A DNA stretch of 51,035 bases from Syntrophomonadaceae bacterium (GTDB taxonomy: Bacteria > Bacillota > Dethiobacteria > DTU022). Each line of letters opens with the position of its first letter. The stretch's first letter is position 1. Under the pieces are notes generated by a model that had not been told where the DNA came from, searched no databases, and saw nothing but the letters and a program-made list of their open reading frames with translations. Shown here piece after piece: positions 28,045 to 38,076 of the stretch. Position numbers and translations under genes: made by a program. The stretch is from assembly GCA_003554395.1 (NCBI GenBank), contig PWGD01000110.1:1-51035 (forward strand). The letters run 5' to 3'.

Positions 28045-29466
28045 CTGTCTCAGCTGAATAAAGTCAAGACATTTATTACAAAAAATGCTCTACTTGGTGA
28101 AAGAGAAACGATCATTGTTGCCGTATCGGGGGGGCCTGATTCTTTGGCCCTCCTGCATATGTTAAAGGCCCTATCCAGGCCCTTTAATCTTCACCTGGTG
28201 GCAGCCCATTTAAATCACTGCTTGCGCCCGGAAGCCGCCTATGAAGAAGCGGAAGTTAAAAAAATTGCCGCAGCATGGTCGCTTCCCTGTGAAACCAGGG
28301 CGTCAGATATCCGCAGCATCAAGAGAGCCAGGGGTATTTCTGAGGAAGAGGCGGGGAGGCTGGCCCGCTACAGTCTTTTATTTGATACTGCCCGTAAGTA
28401 CGGGGCTTTTAGAATTGCCCTGGGCCATCACCTGGATGATCAGGCTGAAACAGTCCTGCTTAATATTCTCAGGGGTACGGGCGTGGATGGCCTGGCCGGG
28501 ATCCTGCCGGTCTCTAAAAGAGGTCGGTTCAGCCTGATCAGACCCCTGCTCTGCCTGAGGCGCCGTGAAATTGAAGCCTACTGCAAAGAAAATGATTTAC
28601 GCCCCTTTACTGATAGCAGTAACCTGGAAACTGAATATACCAGGAATAAACTTCGGCTGGAGTTGATTCCCCGGCTGGAACAAGATTATAACCCCAGGAT
28701 CAGGGAGGCCCTGATTAATCTGGCTGCCCTGGCGGCTGAAGACAGGCGTTTTTTGCAAGCCATGGCCAGAAAAAAATATTTGGATCTGGCCGGGTTTGGC
28801 AGGCGGGAAACCATTTTTAACAAAAATGAGCTGGCCGCTCTCCCCCGGGCTTTAAGCGCCAGAGTTTTGAGGATGGCCCATAAAAAATATGCGCCGTCCA
28901 GGGAACTGGACAGCAGCCATATCCAAAAGGTGCTCGAGCTGGCTGAAAGCGGAAAAACCACCGGCCAAATCAGCCTGCCCGGTGAGGCCCTCTTATTTTT
29001 GTCCCAGGACCGGATTATCATGGCCGGAGCTTCTGCCGCGGAAGACTCAGCACAGCTGGATAAACCTTTGCAGGTTCCGGGAAAGACCCGGCTGCCCGAT
29101 GGAGCCCTGATCGAAGCCAGATTTGTCGATCCGGGGGATCTGGCCTGGCCGCCTTCAAAATTCCAGGCTTATTTGGATTTCGACCGGCTGCCGCCGGGAG
29201 CATTACGGGTCAGGTCCAGGTGGCCGGGGGCCCGGTTTCACCCCCATGGTTCGCCGGGGGCCAAGAAACTGAAAGATTTTTTGATTGACCATAAAGTTCC
29301 TCAACACTGGAGGAGTAAAATACCGCTGGTGTCAATCGGCGATGAAATTGTCTGGGTTGCCGGGTTCAGGATTGCCCATCCGTACCGGGTCACAGATCGG
29401 ACCGGCCGGGTTTTAGTCCTGGCCTATAAAAAGCTGATGATGCCCAAGCAAAGAAATATCTGCTAA
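28045..29466 (+). CDS. tilS: tRNA(Ile)-lysidine synthetase; N-terminus extends upstream of the track start, probable CTG start
   Basis: In-frame VAVSGGPDS at 28117-28143, AHLNH.LR, ALGHHLDDQAETVL, IRPLL, DSSN....YTRNKLR, KKLKD.LID.KVP. Confidence 0.93.
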   Translation: MSQLNKVKTFITKNALLGERETIIVAVSGGPDSLALLHMLKALSRPFNLHLVAAHLNHCLRPEAAYEEAEVKKIAAAWSLPCETRASDIRSIKRARGISEEEAGRLARYSLLFDTARKYGAFRIALGHHLDDQAETVLLNILRGTGVDGLAGILPVSKRGRFSLIRPLLCLRRREIEAYCKENDLRPFTDSSNLETEYTRNKLRLELIPRLEQDYNPRIREALINLAALAAEDRRFLQAMARKKYLDLAGFGRRETIFNKNELAALPRALSARVLRMAHKKYAPSRELDSSHIQKVLELAESGKTTGQISLPGEALLFLSQDRIIMAGASAAEDSAQLDKPLQVPGKTRLPDGALIEARFVDPGDLAWPPSKFQAYLDFDRLPPGALRVRSRWPGARFHPHGSPGAKKLKDFLIDHKVPQHWRSKIPLVSIGDEIVWVAGFRIAHPYRVTDRTGRVLVLAYKKLMMPKQRNIC

Positions 29467-29489
29467 AATAGAAGAAGGTGGATGATGAA

Positions 29490-30038
29490 ATGGCTGAACA
29501 TAATGCAGTTGATAAGAAAATTGAGAACTTCGATGTGATGCTTTCGGCAGAAGAAATAGAAGGCCGGGTCAGGACAATGGCAGAGAGCATTTCAAATGAT
29601 TACCGGGACAAACGGCCTCTTATGATCGGGGTTCTCAAAGGCGCGGTGATTTTCTTAAGCGATTTAATCCGCTGCCTGACCATCCCGGTGGAAATAGATT
29701 TTATTGCTGTATCCAGTTATGGAAATTCTACCGCCACTTCTGGCGTGGTCCGGATTTTAAAAGACCTGGAACAAAGCATCGAGGGTAAGGATGTGCTTAT
29801 TGTCGAAGATATCGTTGATACAGGTCTGACCCTGAACTACCTGGTTGAAAACCTGGGCAGCAGGCAGCCCAAATCCCTGAAAGTGGTCACCCTGCTCGAT
29901 AAGCCCGACCGCAGAAAGGTCAGCTTTGAACCTGACTACTGCGGCTTTATCATTCCGGATCGTTTTGTGGTCGGCTACGGCCTTGATTACGGTGAAGATT
30001 ATCGCCAGCTGTCCGATCTGCGTGTCATAAATGAATAA
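29490..30038 (+). CDS. hpt: Hypoxanthine phosphoribosyltransferase (ATG 29490; track GTG 29478)
   Basis: VLKGA..F, VSSYG, LIVEDIVDTGLTL, LLDK, FVVGYGLDY. Confidence 0.97.
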   Translation: MAEHNAVDKKIENFDVMLSAEEIEGRVRTMAESISNDYRDKRPLMIGVLKGAVIFLSDLIRCLTIPVEIDFIAVSSYGNSTATSGVVRILKDLEQSIEGKDVLIVEDIVDTGLTLNYLVENLGSRQPKSLKVVTLLDKPDRRKVSFEPDYCGFIIPDRFVVGYGLDYGEDYRQLSDLRVINE

Positions 30039-30087
30039 CGCCGCCGGAGGTTGCCTTCATAATTACTTTAAGGCCCAATCTCTTTTA

Positions 30088-30116
30088 TTGCCTACATCCT
30101 GGCGGTGTGTTACAAT
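30088..30116 (+). promoter_or_regulatory. Sigma-A promoter of ftsH
   Basis: TTGCCT-17-TACAAT with TGn. Confidence 0.62.
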
Positions 30117-30159
30117 TTATTTCAGCCTTTAAGGCTGAAGTTGGAGAGGAGGGTCCTTT

Positions 30160-32190
30160 TTGAGCCCATTTGTAAGGCAAATAATCTTCTACCTGGTCAT
30201 AGCCCTGGTAGTAGTTATGTTATTGTCTATGTTTAACACCGGCCCTGAACCGGTTGAAATAAGTTACAACCAGTTTGTAGCAAAAATAGAGAGCGGCGAG
30301 GGGGAAAAAGTTGTTGCCCACGGCAATGAAATTGAAGCAGTCCTTGTTGACGGCACCGAAATAGAAACCACCCGTCCGGAAGACCACCAGCTTACGGCGC
30401 TTTTACTGGAGCACAATGTTTCGTATTCACCGCATCCCGAACGGGGGCCCGAGTGGTGGCAGACCGCCCTGACCTACATGATTCCCTTTCTTTTGATCAT
30501 CGGGATATTTTTCTTCTTTATGCAGCAGTCCCAGGGCGGCGGCAACCGGGTCATGAACTTTGGTAAAAGCAAGGCCAAAATGCAGGAAAGCGATAAAAAG
30601 AAAGTTACTTTCGATGATGTAGCCGGCGCCGATGAAGAGAGGGCCGAGCTTTCAGAAATTGTCGATTTCCTGAAAGATCCGCGCAAATACATTGAACTCG
30701 GGGCGCGGATCCCGAAAGGGGTCCTGCTGGTAGGCCCGCCGGGGACCGGAAAAACGCTTCTGGCCCGGGCCGTGGCCGGAGAGGCCGGAGTGCCCTTTTT
30801 CAGCATCAGCGGTTCTGATTTTGTGGAAATGTTTGTAGGAGTCGGCGCTTCCAGGGTCCGTGATATGTTTGAAAATGCCAAGAAGAATTCACCCTGCATC
30901 GTCTTTATTGATGAGATCGATGCCGTTGGGCGCCAGCGCGGAGCCGGACTCGGCGGCGGTCACGATGAAAGGGAGCAAACCCTGAACCAGCTTTTAGTTG
31001 AAATGGACGGGTTTGATGTTAACGAGGGGATTATTATCCTTGCTGCCACCAACCGGCCCGATATTCTTGACCCCGCCCTGCTCAGGCCCGGCCGTTTTGA
31101 CCGTGAAGTAACGGTTACCCTGCCCGATGTCAAGGGAAGGACGGAAATATTGAAAGTCCACACCAGGAACAAGCGCCTCTCTGAAGAAGTGGATCTCAAG
31201 ATCCTGGCCCGCGGAACTCCCGGCTTTACCGGGGCCGACCTGGAGAATGTAGTCAATGAAGCGGCGCTGCTGGCCGCCAGAGTGTCCAAGCGGGTGATCG
31301 GGATGAAAGAGCTGGAAGAAGCTGTCGAGCGGGTGGTGGCCGGAACCCAGAAAACAAGCCGGGTGATCAGCGAATTTGAGAAAAAAATTGTAGCCTATCA
31401 TGAAGCCGGCCATGCCCTGGTTGGTTACCAGCTTCCGCACACTGATCCCGTTCACAAGGTCTCCATTATCCCCCGGGGGCGGGCGGGTGGTTACACCCTG
31501 ATGTTTCCGGAAGAGGATCGCTACTATATGACCCGGTCGGAACTATTAGACAGGGTCAGCACTCTGCTCGGCGGCAGGGTTTCTGAAAAACTGGTCCTTA
31601 ATGACATCAGTACGGGTGCTCAGAACGACCTGGAGCGGGCTACCCAGATTGTGCGCCAGATGATCATGGAATACGGGATGAGCGACAGCCTGGGGCCGAT
31701 TACCCTGGGCCGAAAACAGGACCAGGTCTTCCTGGGCCGGGACCTGGGCCGGGACCGCGATTACAGCGAAGAAATAGCCAAGGCTATCGACCAGGAAATC
31801 AGGAAAACGATCGATGATTGCTATCAGAGGGCCCAGGATATCCTGGAAGAAGATCGATCCAAGCTGGAAAAGATTGCCCGGGCTCTCCTGGAGAAGGAAA
31901 CCCTAAATTCTAAGGAGATAAAAGCCCTGGTTGAAGGCAGAGAGCTGCCTGAACCTGAAGAAGAAGCTGATCAGGAACCAGGAGATAAAGTTCCTGAAAC
32001 GGAAAAGACTGCAGCAACCGGCAGCAATTTTGAAATCAGCGGCGAGGCTGAGACCGTCGATGAAGCCAAAGGGTTAGAGGCAGGCGGCGGCGAAACTGAA
32101 AAGGACACCGCCAGGAATAAGCAGGAAGATCGCCAGGCATCATTCCGGCAGCATACCGAGCAGGGCGAAAAACCGACTGAAGACCATTGA
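30160..32190 (+). CDS. ftsH: ATP-dependent zinc metalloprotease FtsH
   Basis: Two TM segments, [38 protein letters not shown]. Confidence 0.98.
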   Translation: MSPFVRQIIFYLVIALVVVMLLSMFNTGPEPVEISYNQFVAKIESGEGEKVVAHGNEIEAVLVDGTEIETTRPEDHQLTALLLEHNVSYSPHPERGPEWWQTALTYMIPFLLIIGIFFFFMQQSQGGGNRVMNFGKSKAKMQESDKKKVTFDDVAGADEERAELSEIVDFLKDPRKYIELGARIPKGVLLVGPPGTGKTLLARAVAGEAGVPFFSISGSDFVEMFVGVGASRVRDMFENAKKNSPCIVFIDEIDAVGRQRGAGLGGGHDEREQTLNQLLVEMDGFDVNEGIIILAATNRPDILDPALLRPGRFDREVTVTLPDVKGRTEILKVHTRNKRLSEEVDLKILARGTPGFTGADLENVVNEAALLAARVSKRVIGMKELEEAVERVVAGTQKTSRVISEFEKKIVAYHEAGHALVGYQLPHTDPVHKVSIIPRGRAGGYTLMFPEEDRYYMTRSELLDRVSTLLGGRVSEKLVLNDISTGAQNDLERATQIVRQMIMEYGMSDSLGPITLGRKQDQVFLGRDLGRDRDYSEEIAKAIDQEIRKTIDDCYQRAQDILEEDRSKLEKIARALLEKETLNSKEIKALVEGRELPEPEEEADQEPGDKVPETEKTAATGSNFEISGEAETVDEAKGLEAGGGETEKDTARNKQEDRQASFRQHTEQGEKPTEDH

Positions 32191-32208
32191 TAAATATTAC
32201 CGGACAAC

Positions 32209-32235
32209 AGGGCCAGGCCTAAGCCTGGCTCTTTC
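32209..32235 (+). terminator. Probable terminator after ftsH
   Basis: AGGGCCAGGC...GCCTGGCTCT stem then TT. Confidence 0.5.
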
Positions 32236-32293
32236 AATTGGAATTCCGGGCTATCCTGGCCCGGCCATTAAGAACTAAAAGGGGTGGCTGGTT

Positions 32294-33247
32294 GTGCCCT
32301 CCGGCCTGACGGATATTGAAGGCATTAAAGTTGGCGTTGTTTCCGACCTGGATGCGGCAACCGGAATTACGGTAGTTCTTATTGAAACAGGCGCCCGGGC
32401 CGCCGTGGAAGTCCGCGGTTCCGCCCCGGGAACCCGGGAGACCGATTTATTGGTTCCGGGCCGGTTGGTCGAAGAAGTGCAGGCTGTAGCTCTTACCGGA
32501 GGCAGCGCTTTTGGACTGGACGCTGTAAGCGGGGTCATGAAGTACCTGGAGGAAAAAAAGTGCGGGTTTCCGGTAGATCCTTTCCGGATCCCTATTGTCC
32601 CCGCTGCCGTGCTGTTTGATCTTTTTGTTGGCGATGGCAGGGTCCGCCCCGGCGAAGAAATGGGTTACAAGGCCTGCAGGTCAGCCGGCGCAGGGCCTGT
32701 GCCGGAAGGCTCGGTCGGAGCAGGCTGGGGAGCGGCAGTGGGTAAAATATACGGCATCGATTATGCGGTTAAATCCGGCCAGGGCTCATTTGCCCTCCAG
32801 AAAGATGACCTGATCGTAGCCGCCCTGGTGGCGGTGAATGCTTTTGGCGACATCTTCGATTGTGAAGGCAACCTGCTGGCCGGTCCCCGAAACCCGCAAA
32901 CAGGCTTGATGGAAAAAACGATCGATCTGCTCTTCGGTAAAGAAAGCGTTGACTCTTTCGGCAATACTACCCTCGGCATTGTGGCCACCAATGCCGACCT
33001 GGACAAAACTGCCCTGCAAAAAGTCTGCCAGCTTGCTCATGATGGATTGGCCCGTTCCATATGGCCGGTTCACACCATGTGGGACGGCGATACGATCTTT
33101 TCCCTTTCCAAGGGAAAGCTGGAGGCTGATCTCAATGTGGTGGGCCTGATGGCCGCAGAAGCGGTAGCCCGGGCTGTGGAAAGGGCCGTTAGGACAGCGG
33201 GATCCCTGGGCGGAATACCGGCTGTAAAAGATTTAAAACCTAAATAA
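32294..33247 (+). CDS. P1/S58 (DmpA-like) peptidase
   Basis: VRGSAPGTRETDLL, LTGGSAFGL, VPAAVLFDL, VNAFGD, GNTT..IVATNA, HDGLAR...P.HT..DGD. Confidence 0.9.
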   Translation: MPSGLTDIEGIKVGVVSDLDAATGITVVLIETGARAAVEVRGSAPGTRETDLLVPGRLVEEVQAVALTGGSAFGLDAVSGVMKYLEEKKCGFPVDPFRIPIVPAAVLFDLFVGDGRVRPGEEMGYKACRSAGAGPVPEGSVGAGWGAAVGKIYGIDYAVKSGQGSFALQKDDLIVAALVAVNAFGDIFDCEGNLLAGPRNPQTGLMEKTIDLLFGKESVDSFGNTTLGIVATNADLDKTALQKVCQLAHDGLARSIWPVHTMWDGDTIFSLSKGKLEADLNVVGLMAAEAVARAVERAVRTAGSLGGIPAVKDLKPK

Positions 33248-33274
33248 AAAATATGTGAAAATCTGAACATTGCT

Positions 33275-33302
33275 GCAGGAAAATCTGTTTTAATGTTGAA
33301 TT
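33275..33302 (+). promoter_or_regulatory. Putative sigma-H promoter of fhs
   Basis: GCAGGAAAA...GTTGAATT (AGGA-N17-GAAT), about 68 nt upstream of the ATG. Confidence 0.65.
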
Positions 33303-33369
33303 AAGTTCTTTGTCTGCGTTTGTGCGTAGAAAAATGGATTCATACAAAAATATCAAGGAGGTTGTTTAA

Positions 33370-35133
33370 ATGCCGTTAGATCCAACCAAACATGCTGACT
33401 GGGAAATTGCTGAAGCCGCTGAAAAGAACATGAAAAAAGTATACCAGTTAGCTGAGGAGCTTAAGCTGGATGAAGAAGAGCTCCTCCCCCACGGCCACTA
33501 TGTGGCCAAGGTGGACTACAAGAAAGTCCTCGACCGCAAGAAAGATGCTCCTGATGGTAAGTACATCGATGTCACCGCCATTACGCCCACTCCGCTGGGT
33601 GAAGGCAAATCAACATCGACCATGGGCCTTACCCAGGGCATGGGCAAACTCGGCAAAAATGTTATTGCCACTATCCGCCAGCCTTCCGGCGGGCCGACTA
33701 TGAACGTAAAAGGTTCCGCCGCCGGCGGAGGCCTGGCCCAGTGTGTTCCCCTGACCCCGTTTTCCCTGGGCTTAACCGGGGATATTAATGCGATCATGAA
33801 TGCCCACAACCTGGCCATGGTAGCCGTAACTTCCCGCCTTCAGCACGAATTTAATTCCAGCGACGCCTTCCTGGAGCGCAGCGGGCTGAAGCGCCTGAAT
33901 ATTGATCCGCGCAATGTTCCCATGAACTGGATTATCGACTTTTGCGCACAGGCCCTGCGCAACATTATCATCGGCCTGGGCGGCAAACGAGACGGGTTTA
34001 TGATGAGCTCCGGGTTTAACATTGCTGTTTCTTCCGAGGTTATGGCCATTTTAGCCGTAGCCAACGACCTGAAAGATATGCGTGAGCGGATGGGCAAAAT
34101 TGTGGTCGCTTATGACAAGAGAGGCAATCCGATTACCACCGAAGACCTTGATGTCGCCGGCGCCATGACCGCCTGGATGGTCGAAGCGATCAATCCCAAC
34201 CTGATGCAAACTATCGAAGGGCAGCCCACTTTTGTCCATGCCGGCCCCTTTGCCAATATTGCCATTGGCCAGTCTTCCATCGTGGCAGACCGGGTCGCCC
34301 TCAAACTGGGCGATTATGTCATTACCGAATCAGGCTTCGCCGCCGATATCGGCTTTGAAAAATTCTGGAACCTGAAGTGCCGCATGTCCGGCCTGGTTCC
34401 TGATTGTGCGGTGCTGGTGGCTACTATCCGGGCTTTGAAGTGCCATGGCGGAGCGCCGCTGCCTCTCCCCGGACAGCCCCTTGACCCGGCCTACGGCCAG
34501 GAGAATGTGGAGTGGGTCGAAAAAGGCTGTGACAACTTGATTCATCACATTAATACGATCAAAAAGGCCGGTATCACCCCGGTGGTCTGTATTAACCACT
34601 TCTATACCGATACCGACAATGAAGTTAATGCCGTCCGCCGCCTGTCGGAAGAAGCGGGGGCAAAAGTTGCGCTTTCCAAGCACTGGCAGTACGGCGGGGA
34701 CGGAGCGAAAGAATTCGCCGAAGCTGTTGTGGAAGCCTGTGAGGAGAAAAGCGAGTTCAAGTTCCTCTATGAGCTTGAAACTCCACTGCGCAAAAGGATC
34801 GAACTAATTGCTAAGGAAGTATACGGTGCAGACGGAGTCGATTATACGCCCGATGCCCTTGAAAAGGTCAAGAAAATGGAAGAGGATCCCAAGTTTCAGA
34901 AGATGGGCACCTGCATGGTTAAGACCCACCTCAGCCTGAGCGACGATCCCAAGCTGAAAGGTGTTCCGAAAGGATGGAACCTCAAAATCCGCGATATCCT
35001 CACCTATGGTGGCGCGGACTTCGTGGTCCCGGTGGCCGGCGCGATTTCCCTGATGCCGGGAACTGCCGCAAGCCCCGCTTTTCGCAAGGTGGATGTCGAT
35101 GTGGAAACAGGCAAAGTGGAAGGATTGTTCTAA
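33370..35133 (+). CDS. fhs: Formate--tetrahydrofolate ligase (587 aa)
   Basis: [17 protein letters not shown]....[42 protein letters not shown]. Confidence 0.97.
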   Translation: MPLDPTKHADWEIAEAAEKNMKKVYQLAEELKLDEEELLPHGHYVAKVDYKKVLDRKKDAPDGKYIDVTAITPTPLGEGKSTSTMGLTQGMGKLGKNVIATIRQPSGGPTMNVKGSAAGGGLAQCVPLTPFSLGLTGDINAIMNAHNLAMVAVTSRLQHEFNSSDAFLERSGLKRLNIDPRNVPMNWIIDFCAQALRNIIIGLGGKRDGFMMSSGFNIAVSSEVMAILAVANDLKDMRERMGKIVVAYDKRGNPITTEDLDVAGAMTAWMVEAINPNLMQTIEGQPTFVHAGPFANIAIGQSSIVADRVALKLGDYVITESGFAADIGFEKFWNLKCRMSGLVPDCAVLVATIRALKCHGGAPLPLPGQPLDPAYGQENVEWVEKGCDNLIHHINTIKKAGITPVVCINHFYTDTDNEVNAVRRLSEEAGAKVALSKHWQYGGDGAKEFAEAVVEACEEKSEFKFLYELETPLRKRIELIAKEVYGADGVDYTPDALEKVKKMEEDPKFQKMGTCMVKTHLSLSDDPKLKGVPKGWNLKIRDILTYGGADFVVPVAGAISLMPGTAASPAFRKVDVDVETGKVEGLF

Positions 35134-35188
35134 GCCGACCGCTTCCTGCCCGCAGTTTGTGGCTTCTGTCACTAAAAACTGGTTAACG

Positions 35189-35234
35189 AAAAACGCCGCT
35201 TTCAACTTAAAAACCCGGTTGAAGCGGCGTTTTT
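35189..35234. terminator. Bidirectional terminator between fhs and folK
   Basis: AAAACGCCGCT(T)TCAAC...GTTGAAGCGGCGTTTT. Confidence 0.75.
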
Positions 35235-35265
35235 AAACTCCCACAATATTTAAGGGCCGGATCTT

Positions 35266-35799
35266 TTATCGCGTCCCGCACCAGTCAGAGGGCCGGTAAA
35301 ATTTAACGCCCGGGTTTTCTTTTCTCCGGTCCAGGATTTCTTGGACGGTTCGGTTGCCGCCGGGGACGAGCAGTCCGGGGGCGATATTGGCCAGGGGAAT
35401 TAATACAAAATCCCTTTCGGCAAGCCGGGGGTGAGGCAGCTGGAGCAGGGGAGTATTCATGATCGTAGCTTCGTAAATTAGGAGGTCCAGGTCAATAATA
35501 CGCGGGCCCCACCTCTTCTCCCTCACTCTCTTCATTTTTTCCTCGACGGCAAGCATTCTCAGGAGCAGGGTAACCGGGCTTAAATCTGTTTTTACGGATA
35601 GGCAGGCGTTGAGAAAGGGGCCTTGGTCGGGGCCTCCAACCGGTTCCGTCTCATAAATATTTGAACATGCTTCCAACTCCAGGCCCGGTTCTGCTAAAAG
35701 CAGCTCCGGTGCCCGTTTCAAATTAGCCAGGCGATCCCCCAGGTTTGTGCCCAGGGCAAGGTAGGCTTTTCTTGCCGTCCTGTTCATGGCCCCGGTCAC
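35266..35799 (-). CDS. folK: 6-hydroxymethyl-7,8-dihydropterin pyrophosphokinase
   Basis: YLALGTNLGDR, IYETEP, FLNA, RWGPRIIDLDLL, LPHPR..ERDFVL.PL. Confidence 0.96.
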   Translation of the reverse strand: MTGAMNRTARKAYLALGTNLGDRLANLKRAPELLLAEPGLELEACSNIYETEPVGGPDQGPFLNACLSVKTDLSPVTLLLRMLAVEEKMKRVREKRWGPRIIDLDLLIYEATIMNTPLLQLPHPRLAERDFVLIPLANIAPGLLVPGGNRTVQEILDRRKENPGVKFYRPSDWCGTR

Positions 35800-36149
35800 C
35801 TTCTCCTTTTAGTCACTACCCCCACGCCGCCTTTTACCTCCGGAAGGGGCGGGTTCGGTTTTCGGACTTCCACTTTAACTTCTGTTACTCCCGGCAGCAG
35901 CAGCAGCTGATCAGCAATGCGGGCGGCCAGGGTTTCCAGCAATCGGCAGGGGCTGCCGCAGATTATTTCTTTAACCACTTCGACCGCCAGGCGGTAGTCA
36001 ACGGCCTGGTTAATATGATCAGCGGTGATAGAGGAAAAATCGCATCCCAGCTCCAGGTTAACCTGAAATACCTGGCCCAGTTCTCTCTCCTCGGGAAGCA
36101 CCCCGTGGTGGGCATAGAAGGTTATGGCATCGATGCTGATCCGGTCCAT
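35796..36149 (-). CDS. folB: Dihydroneopterin aldolase
   Basis: FYAHHGVLPEERELGQ.F, VDY, LLETLA..IA, V..KP.PP. Confidence 0.96.
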   Translation of the reverse strand: MDRISIDAITFYAHHGVLPEERELGQVFQVNLELGCDFSSITADHINQAVDYRLAVEVVKEIICGSPCRLLETLAARIADQLLLLPGVTEVKVEVRKPNPPLPEVKGGVGVVTKRRR

Positions 36150-36155
36150 TTTATT

Positions 36156-36980
36156 TCACCTCCGCACCATGGCATCGGTCATGTCGGCTACCCGGCGCAT
36201 TTGCATGACATCGTGGACCCTGACCAGGTCAGCGCCGGCGCTGATCCCGTATGCCACCGTAGCTGCGGTGCCTTCGACCCGTTCGTCGAGGGGCAGGTTG
36301 AGGGTCTTGCCAATCATCGACTTGCGGGAAGTGCCGAGTAGAATGGGATAACCGAGACTGCGGAACTGCCGGAGATGGTGCATGACATCCAGGTTTTGCT
36401 GTAAATCTTTTCCAAAACCGATCCCGGGATCAATAATAATCTGTTCATCTTTCACACCGGCCCGGTGGGCCAGGGCAATAGATTCTTTGAGTTCAGCCAG
36501 TATATCCGGGATCAGGTCCCGGTAATCAGTGCTGTCACGGTTGTGCATCAGGCAGATAGGCGCTCCGTAACGGGCAGCTACTGCGCCCAGGTCCCGGTCT
36601 GCTTTCAAGCCAAAAACATCATTAATCATTTCGACTCCCAGCCTTAAGGCTTCTTCGGCCACAACGGCCTTGTAGGTATCGATGGAAAGGGGCGCTTTAA
36701 ATGAAGGCTCGTTTTTTATGGCTTTTATAACCGGCACAACCCGGCGCAATTCTTCTTCGGCCGAAACCGGAACAAAATTGGGCCGGACAGATTCTCCTCC
36801 TACATCGATAATATCAGCGCCCTGTTCGGCCATCTTAAGGGCCTGCGCAACAGCGCTGTCCACATGGTTGTACCGGCCCCCGTCTGAAAATGAGTCGGGG
36901 GTAACATTGAGAATACCCATAATTAGGGTTTTTCTATCCAGGTCATAGCTTCGCTTTCCGAGGAGTAGAGCCCTGTTCAA
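36156..36980 (-). CDS. folP: Dihydropteroate synthase
   Basis: MGILNVTPDSFSDGG, DVGGES.RP, SIDTYK, DPGIGFGK, GTSRKS, RVHDV. Confidence 0.97.
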   Translation of the reverse strand: MNRALLLGKRSYDLDRKTLIMGILNVTPDSFSDGGRYNHVDSAVAQALKMAEQGADIIDVGGESVRPNFVPVSAEEELRRVVPVIKAIKNEPSFKAPLSIDTYKAVVAEEALRLGVEMINDVFGLKADRDLGAVAARYGAPICLMHNRDSTDYRDLIPDILAELKESIALAHRAGVKDEQIIIDPGIGFGKDLQQNLDVMHHLRQFRSLGYPILLGTSRKSMIGKTLNLPLDERVEGTAATVAYGISAGADLVRVHDVMQMRRVADMTDAMVRR

Positions 36981-37471
36981 TAAATCAACCTCCTTTTATG
37001 CGGTTGCTGTTCCAGGTTATAACAACTTTCCCGGACGTCGCATTTAAAACAGAGGCGTGATAATCTGTCCGCTTTACCGAGGGCCCGGCTCAGGGGGGAG
37101 CGGTGCAGACCATGGCTGTCCCTTAAGCGATGCTGGGCGATGGCTTTTTGCACCAGCAGCCTTTCAGATAAAGGAAAACCAGACTTTTCCAGGATCGGCC
37201 CCGCCAGTTCAGAGCTCACGGCGGCATGATCCTGACCAGCCTGATATTCTTTCCAGCGGCCCAGGTCATGTAACAGTCCGGCGGCATAGGCCATTTCCCG
37301 GGAAATAAAGGGCTGGCCTGCTTCGATCAGGAGCAGGTAGGTTAACCTGGCTACCGCCACCAGGTGTTCGAAATGATGGCCGCAAAAAACCCGGTCGGCT
37401 TCTTCTTCCGCGTTTTTTTGGAGATATAGCCGGTACTCCGGGCTTGTAATGATCCTGTTGCAGCGCTCCAT
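36977..37471 (-). CDS. HD-domain phosphohydrolase embedded in the fol operon (start re-called to ATG 37471)
   Basis: H..EH...VAR, GLLHDLGR, H, H, ADRLSR; stop overlaps the folP start (TTGA); GGAGG SD. Confidence 0.85.
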   Translation of the reverse strand: MERCNRIITSPEYRLYLQKNAEEEADRVFCGHHFEHLVAVARLTYLLLIEAGQPFISREMAYAAGLLHDLGRWKEYQAGQDHAAVSSELAGPILEKSGFPLSERLLVQKAIAQHRLRDSHGLHRSPLSRALGKADRLSRLCFKCDVRESCYNLEQQPHKRRLIY

Positions 37472-37491
37472 TATAACCTCCCCGCAGGCGG

Positions 37492-38058
37492 TCAAGCTTT
37501 TCCCTTGATCAGGCTGAAGGCTTCAATCCGGGAACTGGAATTAGTCCTGAAAAGTCCCCGCACCGCTGAAGTAACGGTTACTGAGCCCGGCTTGCCCACT
37601 CCACGGATACTCATGCATAAATGTTCGGCTTCGATAACCACCACAACCCCTTTTGGTTTCAGCTCTTCGGTTATGATATTGGCTACCATGCTGGTCAGCC
37701 GCTCCTGGAGCTGGGGGCGGCGCGACAGGATCTCGATGACCCGGACCAGCTTGCTCAAACCGACGATCCTTCCTCCTCCCGGCACATATGCAACGTGAGC
37801 TTTGCCGTAAAAGGGCAGCAGATGGTGCTCGCACATCGAATAGAAAGAGACGTCTTTAACCAGGACAATTTCATCGTGCCCGTCTTCGACAAAACAGGTT
37901 TGAAGGGGGCTGCGAGGATCTTGATTTAAACCGTCAAACAGCTCGCAGTACATATTGGCTACCCGTCCGGGTGTGCCCTGCAGGCCTTCTCGGGTCAGGT
38001 CTTCGCCTATAGCTTCCAAGATCATTTCAGTCGCCCGGGAAATCTTTTCTTTATCCAC
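37492..38058 (-). CDS. folE: GTP cyclohydrolase I (type IA)
   Basis: [47 protein letters not shown]. Confidence 0.97.
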   Translation of the reverse strand: MDKEKISRATEMILEAIGEDLTREGLQGTPGRVANMYCELFDGLNQDPRSPLQTCFVEDGHDEIVLVKDVSFYSMCEHHLLPFYGKAHVAYVPGGGRIVGLSKLVRVIEILSRRPQLQERLTSMVANIITEELKPKGVVVVIEAEHLCMSIRGVGKPGSVTVTSAVRGLFRTNSSSRIEAFSLIKGKA

Positions 38059-38076
38059 TTAAATACCGCCTTTCTG

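Noticed and set aside
31733-31756. 12-nt tandem repeat CTGGGCCGGGAC x2 in ftsH
   Set aside because: It encodes LGRDLGRD, a variant of the conserved FLGRD region; in frame and only two copies.
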